From: Candidatus Latescibacterota bacterium
Lineage (GTDB): Bacteria > Latescibacterota > UBA2968
Length of the DNA stretch: 64,000 bases
Direction: 5' to 3'
Assembly (NCBI GenBank): GCA_965208125.1
Contig: OZ242320.1
Span: 800,001-864,000 of the forward strand
Below the pieces are notes generated by a model. That model was not told the origin of the DNA, did not search any database, and saw nothing but the letters and a program-made list of their open reading frames with translations. Positions 38,320 through 46,541 of the stretch are shown piece after piece. Both the position numbers and the translations under genes were made by a program. The first letter of the stretch is position 1, and each line of letters begins with the position of its first letter.

Positions 38320-38502
38320 CTATCGTCTCATTTTGAACCCGCCAATAATATTTTTGTCATTACCCGTGAAAACCGCGAGATTAATGCCACTTTCCGGGCA
38401 CACATGGCCAGTGGTACGGACAAATGACATCTGCACGGATGCACTGATAGCGCAGTTATCCATCATCTGCTGGGTATTATTCTGGTGGGTTACAAAAATC
38501 AT
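38320..38502 (-). CDS. Putative leader peptide (60 aa; alternative starts at internal MM)
   Basis: MIFVTHQNNTQQMMDNCAISASVQMSFVRTTGHVCPESGINLAVFTGNDKNIIGGFKMRR*; lies between a promoter and the terminator; Gly-Gly-Phe codons form an antiterminator strand. Confidence 0.55.
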   Translation of the reverse strand: MIFVTHQNNTQQMMDNCAISASVQMSFVRTTGHVCPESGINLAVFTGNDKNIIGGFKMRR

Positions 38503-38544
38503 ATTACTCTCACTATATCTGCGAAATAGAACTGAACGGTGCAG

Positions 38545-38573
38545 AAGATATATCGGGGACACAGTAAAGTCAA
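38545..38573 (-). promoter_or_regulatory. sigma70 promoter upstream of the leader/VOC-ggt operon
   Basis: TTGACT-17 bp-TATCTT; same pattern as the promoters at 44051 and 57311. Confidence 0.65.
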
Positions 38574-38587
38574 GCGGGTTTTTCGCG

Positions 38588-39373
38588 CTAAGGTCGCTTG
38601 CGATGAAAAATGAGATCTGCAAACGCGCCCGTCACCTTACTACCCGTATTATCCGAGTCAGACATGAGATACACACGCACAACCTCTGCGGGTTCTTCAT
38701 CGGGATAAAAGCGCTTGAAATCCCTGTAAAAATTGCGCGACTCTCCAACCCACTGATTCACATTTTGATCTCCGCTCTCTGCCACAATGCGGTACCACTT
38801 ATATTTGACAATTCCCAGCGCAACAGACGTCACCTGTGTCAGCGAAGTCTCTTCGGGTATGGTGCGCGTCCAGAGATAGGCAATCTCCCGCAACTTCCCC
38901 CTATTATTGAGAACAGAAATACCGATCTTAGCTGCAAAATCATCGCCTGATTTCTGAATCTTGCCTTTGTGATCCGCCGTACCACTATCATCAATCGTAT
39001 TGCTGACCCGCCAGCGCCACGAAACATAGGGATACTCAGTTGCAGATATGAGATCATACTGCCCCTGAGCCTGTTTGCGAACATCCTTCCCAAATCCTCT
39101 GGGTGGTCGGTCACAGCGCCTGACCCAATCCTGACTGCGATCAACAGCCAACGCCGTGCCATTCTTTGTCGGCACCTGCCAGAAAAGCGCAGCCGCATGA
39201 TCGCTGCGAATCGCAAACACCCCATCTCGATGTTGCCCCGTAACATTCTCGCCGCAATCGTCCCAATCGCGTCGCAGCCAATCGCTCCCCATATCCACGG
39301 CAACGCGATCCTGCGCTTGCACAACACCTAAAAAAATAAAAAAGCCTATCATAAAAATAATAATGCGAATCAT
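38588..39373 (-). CDS. DUF3047 family exported protein
   Basis: Signal peptide; YPYVSWRWRV, KSGDDFAAKI, AYLW, WVGESRN...DFKRFY, MSDSDNT. Confidence 0.8.
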   Translation of the reverse strand: MIRIIIFMIGFFIFLGVVQAQDRVAVDMGSDWLRRDWDDCGENVTGQHRDGVFAIRSDHAAALFWQVPTKNGTALAVDRSQDWVRRCDRPPRGFGKDVRKQAQGQYDLISATEYPYVSWRWRVSNTIDDSGTADHKGKIQKSGDDFAAKIGISVLNNRGKLREIAYLWTRTIPEETSLTQVTSVALGIVKYKWYRIVAESGDQNVNQWVGESRNFYRDFKRFYPDEEPAEVVRVYLMSDSDNTGSKVTGAFADLIFHRKRP

Positions 39374-39519
39374 ATCTACCTTTTGTTGAAATATTGAAAA
39401 CTAATTAAAACCGCTCTTCGAATGTGAATCAAATTCACACCTGTTGTGGAAACACCACAAATAAGCGCGGTTTTCACCGGGATTTTATCCATTATACGCA
39501 CAAATGCAAATTTTATACC

Positions 39520-39554
39520 AAAAAAAAGCGCGACGGGAAAAAACCGCCGCGCTT
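39520..39554 (-). terminator. Intrinsic terminator of the ECF/Spy operon
   Basis: AAGCGCGGCGG-loop-CCGTCGCGC followed by a T-run on minus strand. Confidence 0.75.
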
Positions 39555-39571
39555 ATGAGTTTAAATGTAAA

Positions 39572-39599
39572 GTAGGGGCGAGGCATGCCTCGCCCCTAC
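39572..39599. repeat. GTAG-type REP, perfect 28-bp palindrome
   Basis: GTAGGGGCGAGGCATGCCTCGCCCCTAC. Confidence 0.8.
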
Positions 39600-39630
39600 A
39601 ATCCGGATGACTTCGTTATGCCGCGATGCA

Positions 39631-40305
39631 CTACATCTCTGATGACTCTTCACTGTGGTGTTCGGACTTCTCTTGCGTCTCGGACTTTTCCTGAGCCTCA
39701 GATTCCTTTTTCATCTGATCGCGATCTCCACCTCGGCGACCACGAAACCAGCCGCGACCTCTAAACCGGGGACCATCATCATCTCTGAAACCCGGACCAC
39801 CGCGACCCCTGAACCCAGGACTGCCACGCCCTCTGAAACCCGGACCACTGCGGCCTCTGAAACCGGGTCCCCCACGCCCGCGAAACTCCAGGCGTCCACC
39901 TCCTCGTCTCTCACCGAGCTTCTCCTTTTGTTCAGCGGTCAGCAAATTTTTAATATCCATACTATGCTGAATTTCGCGCGCCATAATTTTCCCCTGCGCC
40001 GCCGTCACAGCATCGACCTTAGCCTGAATATCCGAAGCCGATGGATTTTCTTCATTGCGAATCGCGCCCAAATCAATCCGCGCCTTTTGGTGTACCGCGC
40101 GCAAATCGACCATCGCCTTTTGATGGGCAGAACGGAGACTGTTCATTTTCTCTTTCTGCTCATCTGTCAACTCCAGCGCCGCCATACCACCGCGCATACC
40201 GCGGCGTTTGCCCCTTTGGGCGTCTGCATGTTTCACAAAAGCGACACTTCCAATAACGCCAATCACAAAAACACCGATAATTGCATAGATAATTTTGCGT
40301 TTCAT
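39631..40305 (-). CDS. Spy/CpxP (LTXXQ) family periplasmic protein with FRGRGGPG repeats
   Basis: Signal peptide, LELTDEQK and LLTAEQK motifs; 24-bp tandem repeat in the C-terminus. Confidence 0.85.
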   Translation of the reverse strand: MKRKIIYAIIGVFVIGVIGSVAFVKHADAQRGKRRGMRGGMAALELTDEQKEKMNSLRSAHQKAMVDLRAVHQKARIDLGAIRNEENPSASDIQAKVDAVTAAQGKIMAREIQHSMDIKNLLTAEQKEKLGERRGGGRLEFRGRGGPGFRGRSGPGFRGRGSPGFRGRGGPGFRDDDGPRFRGRGWFRGRRGGDRDQMKKESEAQEKSETQEKSEHHSEESSEM

Positions 40306-40423
40306 GATACCTGCTCCTTATAGTTAAACAGCAGTTTCCCTGCATGCTGTCTGTTTGTGGTAAAAATCAACAACCCTCGGCTGTGCTCAGGCCGGCATCT
40401 GTTCACAGCGCGAAAGTCGCGAG

Positions 40424-40861
40424 TTATGGTCCTCGGCGGGGACCGGGTGGACGGTCTCCCGGGGGACCTCGTCGGCCGCCACCTCGGCCGCGGAATCCTT
40501 GACGTCTATTTTTTTCCTCAAATTTTGCAAACTGCTCAGGCGTGAGAATCGTCTTCAACTTCTCGCGCAATTTTTGCACCTGCGACCGCATATCTTCGCC
40601 AATTTGTCGGCGCATCGTATCAATCTCGCGCCGATACTCCTGAAATGCAGCCCGCACAGCGCTTTTTTGTTCATCCGACAAAGCGAGATCATCGCTCAAA
40701 CGCTCAATCATGCGATTGTAGTCATAAGGCCGTCCGCGCACCCCAGGTGAGCCGGGTGAGCGCAAAAACTTGCGCTCGACAATAGTACCACACACCAGCC
40801 CAAGGGCAAAAATGCCCAAAAATAAAAGAACGGCCTGTGTGCGAGGAGAAAAAGAAAACAT
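40424..40861 (-). CDS. Membrane-anchored periplasmic LTXXQ/heavy-metal-sensor-like protein
   Basis: N-terminal TM helix, LALSDEQK and ILTPEQ motifs, Arg/Gly/Pro tail. Confidence 0.75.
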   Translation of the reverse strand: MFSFSPRTQAVLLFLGIFALGLVCGTIVERKFLRSPGSPGVRGRPYDYNRMIERLSDDLALSDEQKSAVRAAFQEYRREIDTMRRQIGEDMRSQVQKLREKLKTILTPEQFAKFEEKNRRQGFRGRGGGRRGPPGDRPPGPRRGP

Positions 40862-40881
40862 GATAGTCCTTTTGTGGTCGT

Positions 40882-41280
40882 TTACTCGGGATAGATAATC
40901 AGGCTATCGGCTTGCACCTCCGACAGCACCATCTCGGTTTGCGAATCAAAATAATCCGACACCGTATTTGCCTCGGTATCTCCATTATCTATCAGCACCA
41001 TAAAAATAACAGCAGCGGCAGCGGCCAAAGGCACGAGACGTTTGCCCGCCCATACCAGGCTATTCCAGAGACTCTCTTCCCGAATCTGTGTCTGAACCCC
41101 ATCCCACAACCCCGGCGAAGGCGCCATAGGACGCTGACTCAGACGTCTCTGTACATGGCGAAGCAAATCGTACTCAGCGCGAAACTCAGCATCTTCTGCT
41201 ATCCGCGCTTCAATTTCGCGCACATGCTCCGCAGACAAATTACCGTCAACATAGAGCAACAATTTATCGTGGTCAGTCAT
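40882..41280 (-). CDS. Anti-sigma factor (single TM)
   Basis: LLLYVDGNLS..IEARI ASD-like N-terminus lacking HxxxCxxC; TM helix; ATGA overlap with the sigma gene. Confidence 0.75.
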   Translation of the reverse strand: MTDHDKLLLYVDGNLSAEHVREIEARIAEDAEFRAEYDLLRHVQRRLSQRPMAPSPGLWDGVQTQIREESLWNSLVWAGKRLVPLAAAAAVIFMVLIDNGDTEANTVSDYFDSQTEMVLSEVQADSLIIYPE

Positions 41281-41870
41281 ATATTTTCCCCTTGCCATTC
41301 GCGGTAAAGCGGCAAAAGCAAATCGCGTAAACGCGCCCGTGCCCGCGAAAGCCTCGATTTAACAGTGCCGACAGAAACATCTAAAACATCGGCAATCTCT
41401 TCTTGAGAAAAACCCTCTATATCTTTCATAATCACCACCGCGCGATGCTCGGGCGACAGGTAATCGAGCACCTTCTGAATCTCCTCGCGCAAACCAATGC
41501 GCTCAATATCATTTTGCGGTTCATCCGTACCCAAAAACCGATCCAGTGCCATATCGCTCGCCTCTTGCATCCTCTCTATCGAAACACTATCGGGCCGCCG
41601 TTGCTCGCGCTGGGCAAACGTGAGACAAACATTGGTAGTAATGCGATACAAATACGTGTAAAAACTCGACCGCCCTTCAAACCTTCCCAGTGCTTTATAC
41701 ACTCTGACAAACGCCTCTTGCGCCGCATCCCTTGCCGCTTCCGGATCGCCGAGAATCGAACACGCCAGACCGTAAATTCGGTCTTCATAACGTTCAACCA
41801 ACTGGCGGAAAGCCTGCACATCGCCCTTTTGGCATTGACGAATCAGATCTCGTTCATCAAAATCAGCCAT
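41277..41870 (-). CDS. ECF RNA polymerase sigma factor (RpoE/SigW-like)
   Basis: GDVQAFRQLV, DAAQEAF, SFYTYLYRI, EIADVL..SVGTVKSRLSRAR. Confidence 0.95.
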   Translation of the reverse strand: MADFDERDLIRQCQKGDVQAFRQLVERYEDRIYGLACSILGDPEAARDAAQEAFVRVYKALGRFEGRSSFYTYLYRITTNVCLTFAQREQRRPDSVSIERMQEASDMALDRFLGTDEPQNDIERIGLREEIQKVLDYLSPEHRAVVIMKDIEGFSQEEIADVLDVSVGTVKSRLSRARARLRDLLLPLYREWQGENI

Positions 41871-41915
41871 GTTATATCTTTCCTCTGATTCGCCTATTCT
41901 ATCCGTTTCGCAGGA

Positions 41916-41944
41916 TTAGACCACCAGACCAGCACTCGCGTTCC
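41916..41944 (-). promoter_or_regulatory. Putative autoregulatory ECF promoter
   Basis: GGAACGC ... GTCTAA; GAACGC-17 bp-TCTAA resembles the sigmaE/AlgU consensus. Confidence 0.6.
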
Positions 41945-41953
41945 CTATAAAAC

Positions 41954-41985
41954 AAAAAAATGGACATCGCATTCAGGGATGTCCA
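41954..41985 (-). terminator. Intrinsic terminator downstream of ilvB
   Basis: TGGACATC-loop-GATGTCCA-T7 on minus strand. Confidence 0.75.
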
Positions 41986-42004
41986 GGGTTGGAGGGATCG
42001 AGAT

Positions 42005-42029
42005 GGGCGACCACGAGGGTCGCCCCTAC
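42005..42029. repeat. GTAG-type REP palindrome
   Basis: gggcgaccacgagggtcgcccctac. Confidence 0.75.
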
Positions 42030-42086
42030 ATTATGATTTTCCATCTGCGTCCATCTGCGGATCGCCTTTGGGGACAGTTGGGCTAA

Positions 42087-43853
42087 CTACTCCGTAATAA
42101 TATCGGCAAACGTCATACCCGAGGGAATCATGGGCAGCACATGCTCTTGATACGGCACAACCACATCGAGCAAATAGGGACCATTGGAAGAAATCATGCG
42201 ATCAATAGCCGGCACGAGATCCTCCTTGCGTATCGCCCGTTCGGCAGGCACGCGAAAACCCTTTGCTATCGCCACATAATCGGGAAAAATCGCGTGACTC
42301 GGCGGAATATTCATATCTTCGTGCGCCTGCGCCGCTTCCGGATCCCCAATAAACGTATGCCCGCGATTGCTCTTGTAAAAGCGATCCTCCCACTGCACCA
42401 CCATACCCAGATGCTGATTGTTGAGAATCATAGTCTTAACGGGAATTTTCTCTGCATAAAGCGTCGCCAACTCCTGTACATTCATCGCAAAACTGCCATC
42501 GCCATCAATATCAATAACCAGCGCATCGGGAAACGCCAACTGCGCCCCCAGCGCAGCGGGCAAACCAAAACCCATCGCCCCCAGACCGCCCGACGTGAGC
42601 CAACGGCGCGGCTCATCAAAAGGATAAAATTGCGCCGCCCACATCTGGTGCTGCCCCACCCCTGTGGATATAATGGCCTTCCCGTCCGTCATCTTATAGA
42701 GCATCTCAATCGCATATTGGGGCAAAATGACATCTTCCACATCCTTGTAATTGAAAGGATATTTCTCCCGCCACGTTTCAATCTCATCACACCAGGCCTG
42801 ATAATCGCCCGGCACAACAACACTATTTAGCTCTTGCAGGGCATATTTAATATCGCTCACAATCGGCAAATGGGCGACCTTGTTTTTATTGATCTCAGAA
42901 GGATCGATATCGATATGCACAATGCGACCGTGTTTGCAAAACTCCTCGAGCTTGCCCGTCACCCGATCATCAAAACGCACCCCAAATGCCAGCAACAAAT
43001 CGGCGTGATTGATGGCGTAATTGGCATAAACCGACCCGTGCATCCCCAGCATTTGCAAAGACTGTGGATCTGTTTGCGGGAAAACACCCAACCCCATCAG
43101 CGTCTGCGCCACGGGAATGCGTGTCTTTCGGGCAAACTCGCGAAGCTCTTCCGCCGCATCTGCAGTCACAATCCCTCCGCCGGCATAAATAAGCGGGCGT
43201 TTGGATTCTAAAATCGCCTGCGCAACCTCTTGAATTTGCGCGCGGCTGGCGTGCAAATGGCTGGGGGTATAGCTGCGAATAGCCACCGTCTCGGGAAAAT
43301 CGGGCACACAAACACTTTGCTGCACATTTTTGGGGATATCGACCAGCACAGGACCGGGCCGCCCAGAAGAGGCAATGTAAAACGCCTCTTTGACAACGCG
43401 GGGAATATCTTCAATGCGGTCCACGAGATAATTGTGCTTCGTAATCTGCCGCGTAACCTCAATAATCGGAGTCTCTTGAAAAGCATCGCGACCAATAACA
43501 GCAGTGGGGACCTGACCCGTGATGGCAACAAGCGGCACAGAGTCCATTTTGGCATCGGCCAGCCCCGTGACCAGATTGGTAGCACCCGGTCCAGACGTTG
43601 CCATACACACCCCGACTTTGCCCGAGGCTTTGGCATATCCTTCAGCCGCAAAAATTTCGCCCTGTTCGTGCCGGCACAACACAACCTGGATATTGGAACG
43701 CGTGAGGGACTGGTGCATTTCCATGCTGGCCCCTCCGGGATAGCCAAAGAGAACTTCGACCCCCTCGCGGATGAGACATTCAACCAGAATATCGGCACCC
43801 CTCATTTCGCCAGAGGTGGAGCCAGATGTCGGAGTCTGGGGTTTGCTCGCCAT
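42087..43853 (-). CDS. ilvB: Biosynthetic acetolactate synthase, large subunit
   Basis: [44 protein letters not shown] ThDP motif, HVLPMIP. Confidence 0.96.
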   Translation of the reverse strand: MASKPQTPTSGSTSGEMRGADILVECLIREGVEVLFGYPGGASMEMHQSLTRSNIQVVLCRHEQGEIFAAEGYAKASGKVGVCMATSGPGATNLVTGLADAKMDSVPLVAITGQVPTAVIGRDAFQETPIIEVTRQITKHNYLVDRIEDIPRVVKEAFYIASSGRPGPVLVDIPKNVQQSVCVPDFPETVAIRSYTPSHLHASRAQIQEVAQAILESKRPLIYAGGGIVTADAAEELREFARKTRIPVAQTLMGLGVFPQTDPQSLQMLGMHGSVYANYAINHADLLLAFGVRFDDRVTGKLEEFCKHGRIVHIDIDPSEINKNKVAHLPIVSDIKYALQELNSVVVPGDYQAWCDEIETWREKYPFNYKDVEDVILPQYAIEMLYKMTDGKAIISTGVGQHQMWAAQFYPFDEPRRWLTSGGLGAMGFGLPAALGAQLAFPDALVIDIDGDGSFAMNVQELATLYAEKIPVKTMILNNQHLGMVVQWEDRFYKSNRGHTFIGDPEAAQAHEDMNIPPSHAIFPDYVAIAKGFRVPAERAIRKEDLVPAIDRMISSNGPYLLDVVVPYQEHVLPMIPSGMTFADIITE

Positions 43854-43876
43854 TGCAAAAATCTCCTTTATTAAAC

Positions 43877-43943
43877 AAAAAAACCGTCATTGCATTGTAG
43901 CGATGACGGGACAAGATTTTCTTTATGCAATCCCACCATCACA
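43877..43943 (-). promoter_or_regulatory. ilvB attenuator (terminator and antiterminator)
   Basis: Terminator CCGTCATCGC-TACAAT-GCAATGACGG-T7; GTGATGGTGGGA at the leader stop pairs 12/12 (with G-U) with TCCCGTCATCGC. Confidence 0.85.
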
Positions 43944-44019
43944 TAGGTACAAGTACTACAACACGGCCTACAACAGCCGTTGTAATTGCAATGTGGGATG
44001 TGGTAATCGGATGTGTCAT
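43939..44019 (-). CDS. ilv leader peptide rich in Ile/Val/Leu/Thr
   Basis: MTHPITTSHIAITTAVVGRVVVLVPM*. Confidence 0.85.
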   Translation of the reverse strand: MTHPITTSHIAITTAVVGRVVVLVPM

Positions 44020-44050
44020 AACTTTAGCTCTCTTTTTCAATTAGAAAGAG

Positions 44051-44079
44051 AAGATACAGGCTTAGTCCAGTTCTGTCAA
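44051..44079 (-). promoter_or_regulatory. sigma70 promoter of ilv leader-ilvB
   Basis: TTGACA-17 bp-TATCTT. Confidence 0.75.
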
Positions 44080-44092
44080 GAAAACTCGCTTC

Positions 44093-44872
44093 TTACACCT
44101 CTCTACTATCCTTCTCACCCATCATATTAATCCGATCTCGAAGCTCAGCAGCGCGTTCAAACTCCTCGTTGTCAATCGCTTCCAGCAATTCTTTCTTAAG
44201 ACGCTCAGATTTTGTGAGCGGGCGCTGTTGCTCAAGCTCGTTGAGCAATTCATTCAGAGACTCAACGGAGCGTTTCTTTTCAATATCAAATTCTTCTGCT
44301 TCTACTTCTTCCAGATTTTCGATCTTGTCGAGCACATCTCGAATAATTCGTATGCCCTCCGCAAAATTGTTCTTTTGCGATTCAATCATCACGCGCGCAA
44401 TCGCGTGGATTCGCAAAACATAAGGCCACCATTTTTCGAGATTGAGGCGATCGTTTTCCGCAGCAGCGTATTGGTTGACAAAACGAAACAGCCTCATGTT
44501 GCGCTCTGTATCTCGAAGAACGCGGTCATAGTCTCGTATTTGAAGTAAAAAAACATACCGCTCGTAGAGCAGTCGGCTTTCATCAAAGAGTTCACGACAG
44601 TGCGCCTTTTTCAGTGAAAAACCATCGGATGTACCGTGTTCTTCAATGAAATGATGAAGCCTATCGGTAAAATGATCCAGAACAAACGCGCTATTGCGTG
44701 GTCTGCGCCCATCGGGACGCCCGTCGAGTTCCATCTGTAGAATACCTTGAAATGGACCCTGATCTATGCGTACTTGAATTTTTTCAACGCCTTTGGACGA
44801 GAAAATTTTGCGAATACTATTTTTGGGATCATAGGGCCAGTGCTTCAGCAAAGGGCCAATATCTTCGGTCAT
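44093..44872 (-). CDS. Conserved hypothetical protein with C-terminal UvrB/UvrC (UVR) coiled coil
   Basis: GILQMELDGRPDG; C-terminal LLEAIDNEEFERAAELRDRI. Confidence 0.8.
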   Translation of the reverse strand: MTEDIGPLLKHWPYDPKNSIRKIFSSKGVEKIQVRIDQGPFQGILQMELDGRPDGRRPRNSAFVLDHFTDRLHHFIEEHGTSDGFSLKKAHCRELFDESRLLYERYVFLLQIRDYDRVLRDTERNMRLFRFVNQYAAAENDRLNLEKWWPYVLRIHAIARVMIESQKNNFAEGIRIIRDVLDKIENLEEVEAEEFDIEKKRSVESLNELLNELEQQRPLTKSERLKKELLEAIDNEEFERAAELRDRINMMGEKDSREV

Positions 44873-44981
44873 GGCGAATTCCCCTGATATGTGGGAGAGA
44901 CATCCCTTGAACTGCTAATACCCGAACCTATCGCGCTATAGGTTTCAATCTAATTGCATTTGCTCCCAGACGCAAGTATCA

Positions 44982-45076
44982 TGTGAAGTGTAAAGTGTAA
45001 AGTGTGAAGTGTGAAGACCACCCAACACCACCCCTGGGCGGGTGCTGCTTTTCACGTCTCACGTTTTACGTCTCAC
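44982..45076 (+). repeat. Inverted heptamer tandem repeats forming a long hairpin in the permease leader
   Basis: (TGTRAAG)x5 at 44982-45016 facing (YTYACGT)x~4 at ~45049-45076. Confidence 0.7.
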
Positions 45077-45111
45077 TGCCTTTAATGTTTCACCAAAAAA
45101 AGGAAAAACAA

Positions 45112-46443
45112 ATGGGAACAGAAAAAATCACAGGATCAATCGCTGAATTTTTCAAATTTAACGCGCAAAACACAAATTGGCGCACAGAAATAACAGGTGG
45201 GGTGACGACATTTGTGACAATGGCTTATATCGTAGCCGTAAACCCGGGCATCATGTCTGACGCATTGGGCGTGGATTTATTTCCCGAACTGTTATTTGCA
45301 ACGTGTGTTTCTGCGGCCATCGCAACAATACTTATGGGACTTCTGGCAAATTATCCCTTTGCCCTGGCGCCGGGCATGGGCCTCAATGCGTTTTTTACCT
45401 ACACAATTGTACTGGGCATGGGCGTACATTGGAAATTGGCTCTGGGCGTGGTCCTCGCTTCCGGACTCCTATTTTTATTATTAACCGTATTGCGGGTACG
45501 CGAAGCCATTATCACAGCAGTACCCCAACCTCTCAAGCTCGCCGCCGCCGCGGGTATTGGACTATTCATTGCATTCATCGGATTTAAGAATGCGGGTTTT
45601 ATTGTCGATGATCAGGCCACATTGGTCAGCCTTGGCAATGTGTACTCAGGACCTGTTGGATTGGCGCTGGTAGGACTCTTGGGCACGGCCATCATGCTGG
45701 CGCGCGGCATCCGCGGTGCGATTTTACTCGGCGTAATCGGCGTCACCTTATTATCCATGATCATCGGACTTACGCCCTGGCCAACAGGCGTCATAAGCCT
45801 GCCTGTCTGGCCCACCCATCTCTTTGGAGAAGCCATCTATCATTTGCCCCTCGCATTTCACACCGCAGTAATAGAACTCGTCTTTGCCTTTCTCTTTGTC
45901 GATCTATTTGATACCATGGGCACGCTGGTGGGATTATCCGAACGCGTGGGATTCCTGGACAAGCGAGGGCAATTGCCACGCGCCAACAAAGCACTGCTAT
46001 CAGACTCTATTGGAACCGTATGCGGCAGTGTATTGGGCACATCAACCGTGACCACCTATATCGAAAGCGCCGCTGGCATATCTTCGGGCGCGCGCACGGG
46101 CTTTGCCAGCCTGGTAACCGGCGGACTATTCATCTGCGCCTTATTTCTCACACCTCTGGTACAGGCCATACCATCCTTTGCCACAGCGCCCGCGCTCATT
46201 GTCGTAGGCGTCATGATGATGGCCCCGGCTGCGCGTATTGTCTGGGATGATATGTCGGATGCTGTACCCGCTTTTTTAACGCTAATTGCCATACCCCTGA
46301 CATTCAGCATTGCCGACGGGCTGGCATTCGGATTTATCGCCTATCCCATAATCAAACGATTGAGCAAAAAAGGCTCTGAAGTACATCCGCTCATAGATGT
46401 ACTGGCCATCATATTTATTCTCAAATATGTCTTTATGGCGTGA
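45112..46443 (+). CDS. NCS2/AzgA-like purine (adenine/guanine/hypoxanthine) permease
   Basis: EITGGVTTFVTMAYI, ALAPGMGLNAFF, DLFDTMGTL, TTYIESAAG..GARTG, PLTFSIADG. Confidence 0.93.
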   Translation: MGTEKITGSIAEFFKFNAQNTNWRTEITGGVTTFVTMAYIVAVNPGIMSDALGVDLFPELLFATCVSAAIATILMGLLANYPFALAPGMGLNAFFTYTIVLGMGVHWKLALGVVLASGLLFLLLTVLRVREAIITAVPQPLKLAAAAGIGLFIAFIGFKNAGFIVDDQATLVSLGNVYSGPVGLALVGLLGTAIMLARGIRGAILLGVIGVTLLSMIIGLTPWPTGVISLPVWPTHLFGEAIYHLPLAFHTAVIELVFAFLFVDLFDTMGTLVGLSERVGFLDKRGQLPRANKALLSDSIGTVCGSVLGTSTVTTYIESAAGISSGARTGFASLVTGGLFICALFLTPLVQAIPSFATAPALIVVGVMMMAPAARIVWDDMSDAVPAFLTLIAIPLTFSIADGLAFGFIAYPIIKRLSKKGSEVHPLIDVLAIIFILKYVFMA

Positions 46444-46541
46444 GAGGCGTGGTCCTGATCGCTGCTTTTGTTCGTGACATTTGTATTTTTTTTTTCTATT
46501 ATCTTTCAAATAACTATAAGAAAATATTTTAAGGAGGCGTT

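Noticed and set aside
44880-45111. Purine riboswitch upstream of the NCS2 permease
   Set aside because: Conserved aptamer core (UAUA...AUAUGG...UUUCUACC) not found
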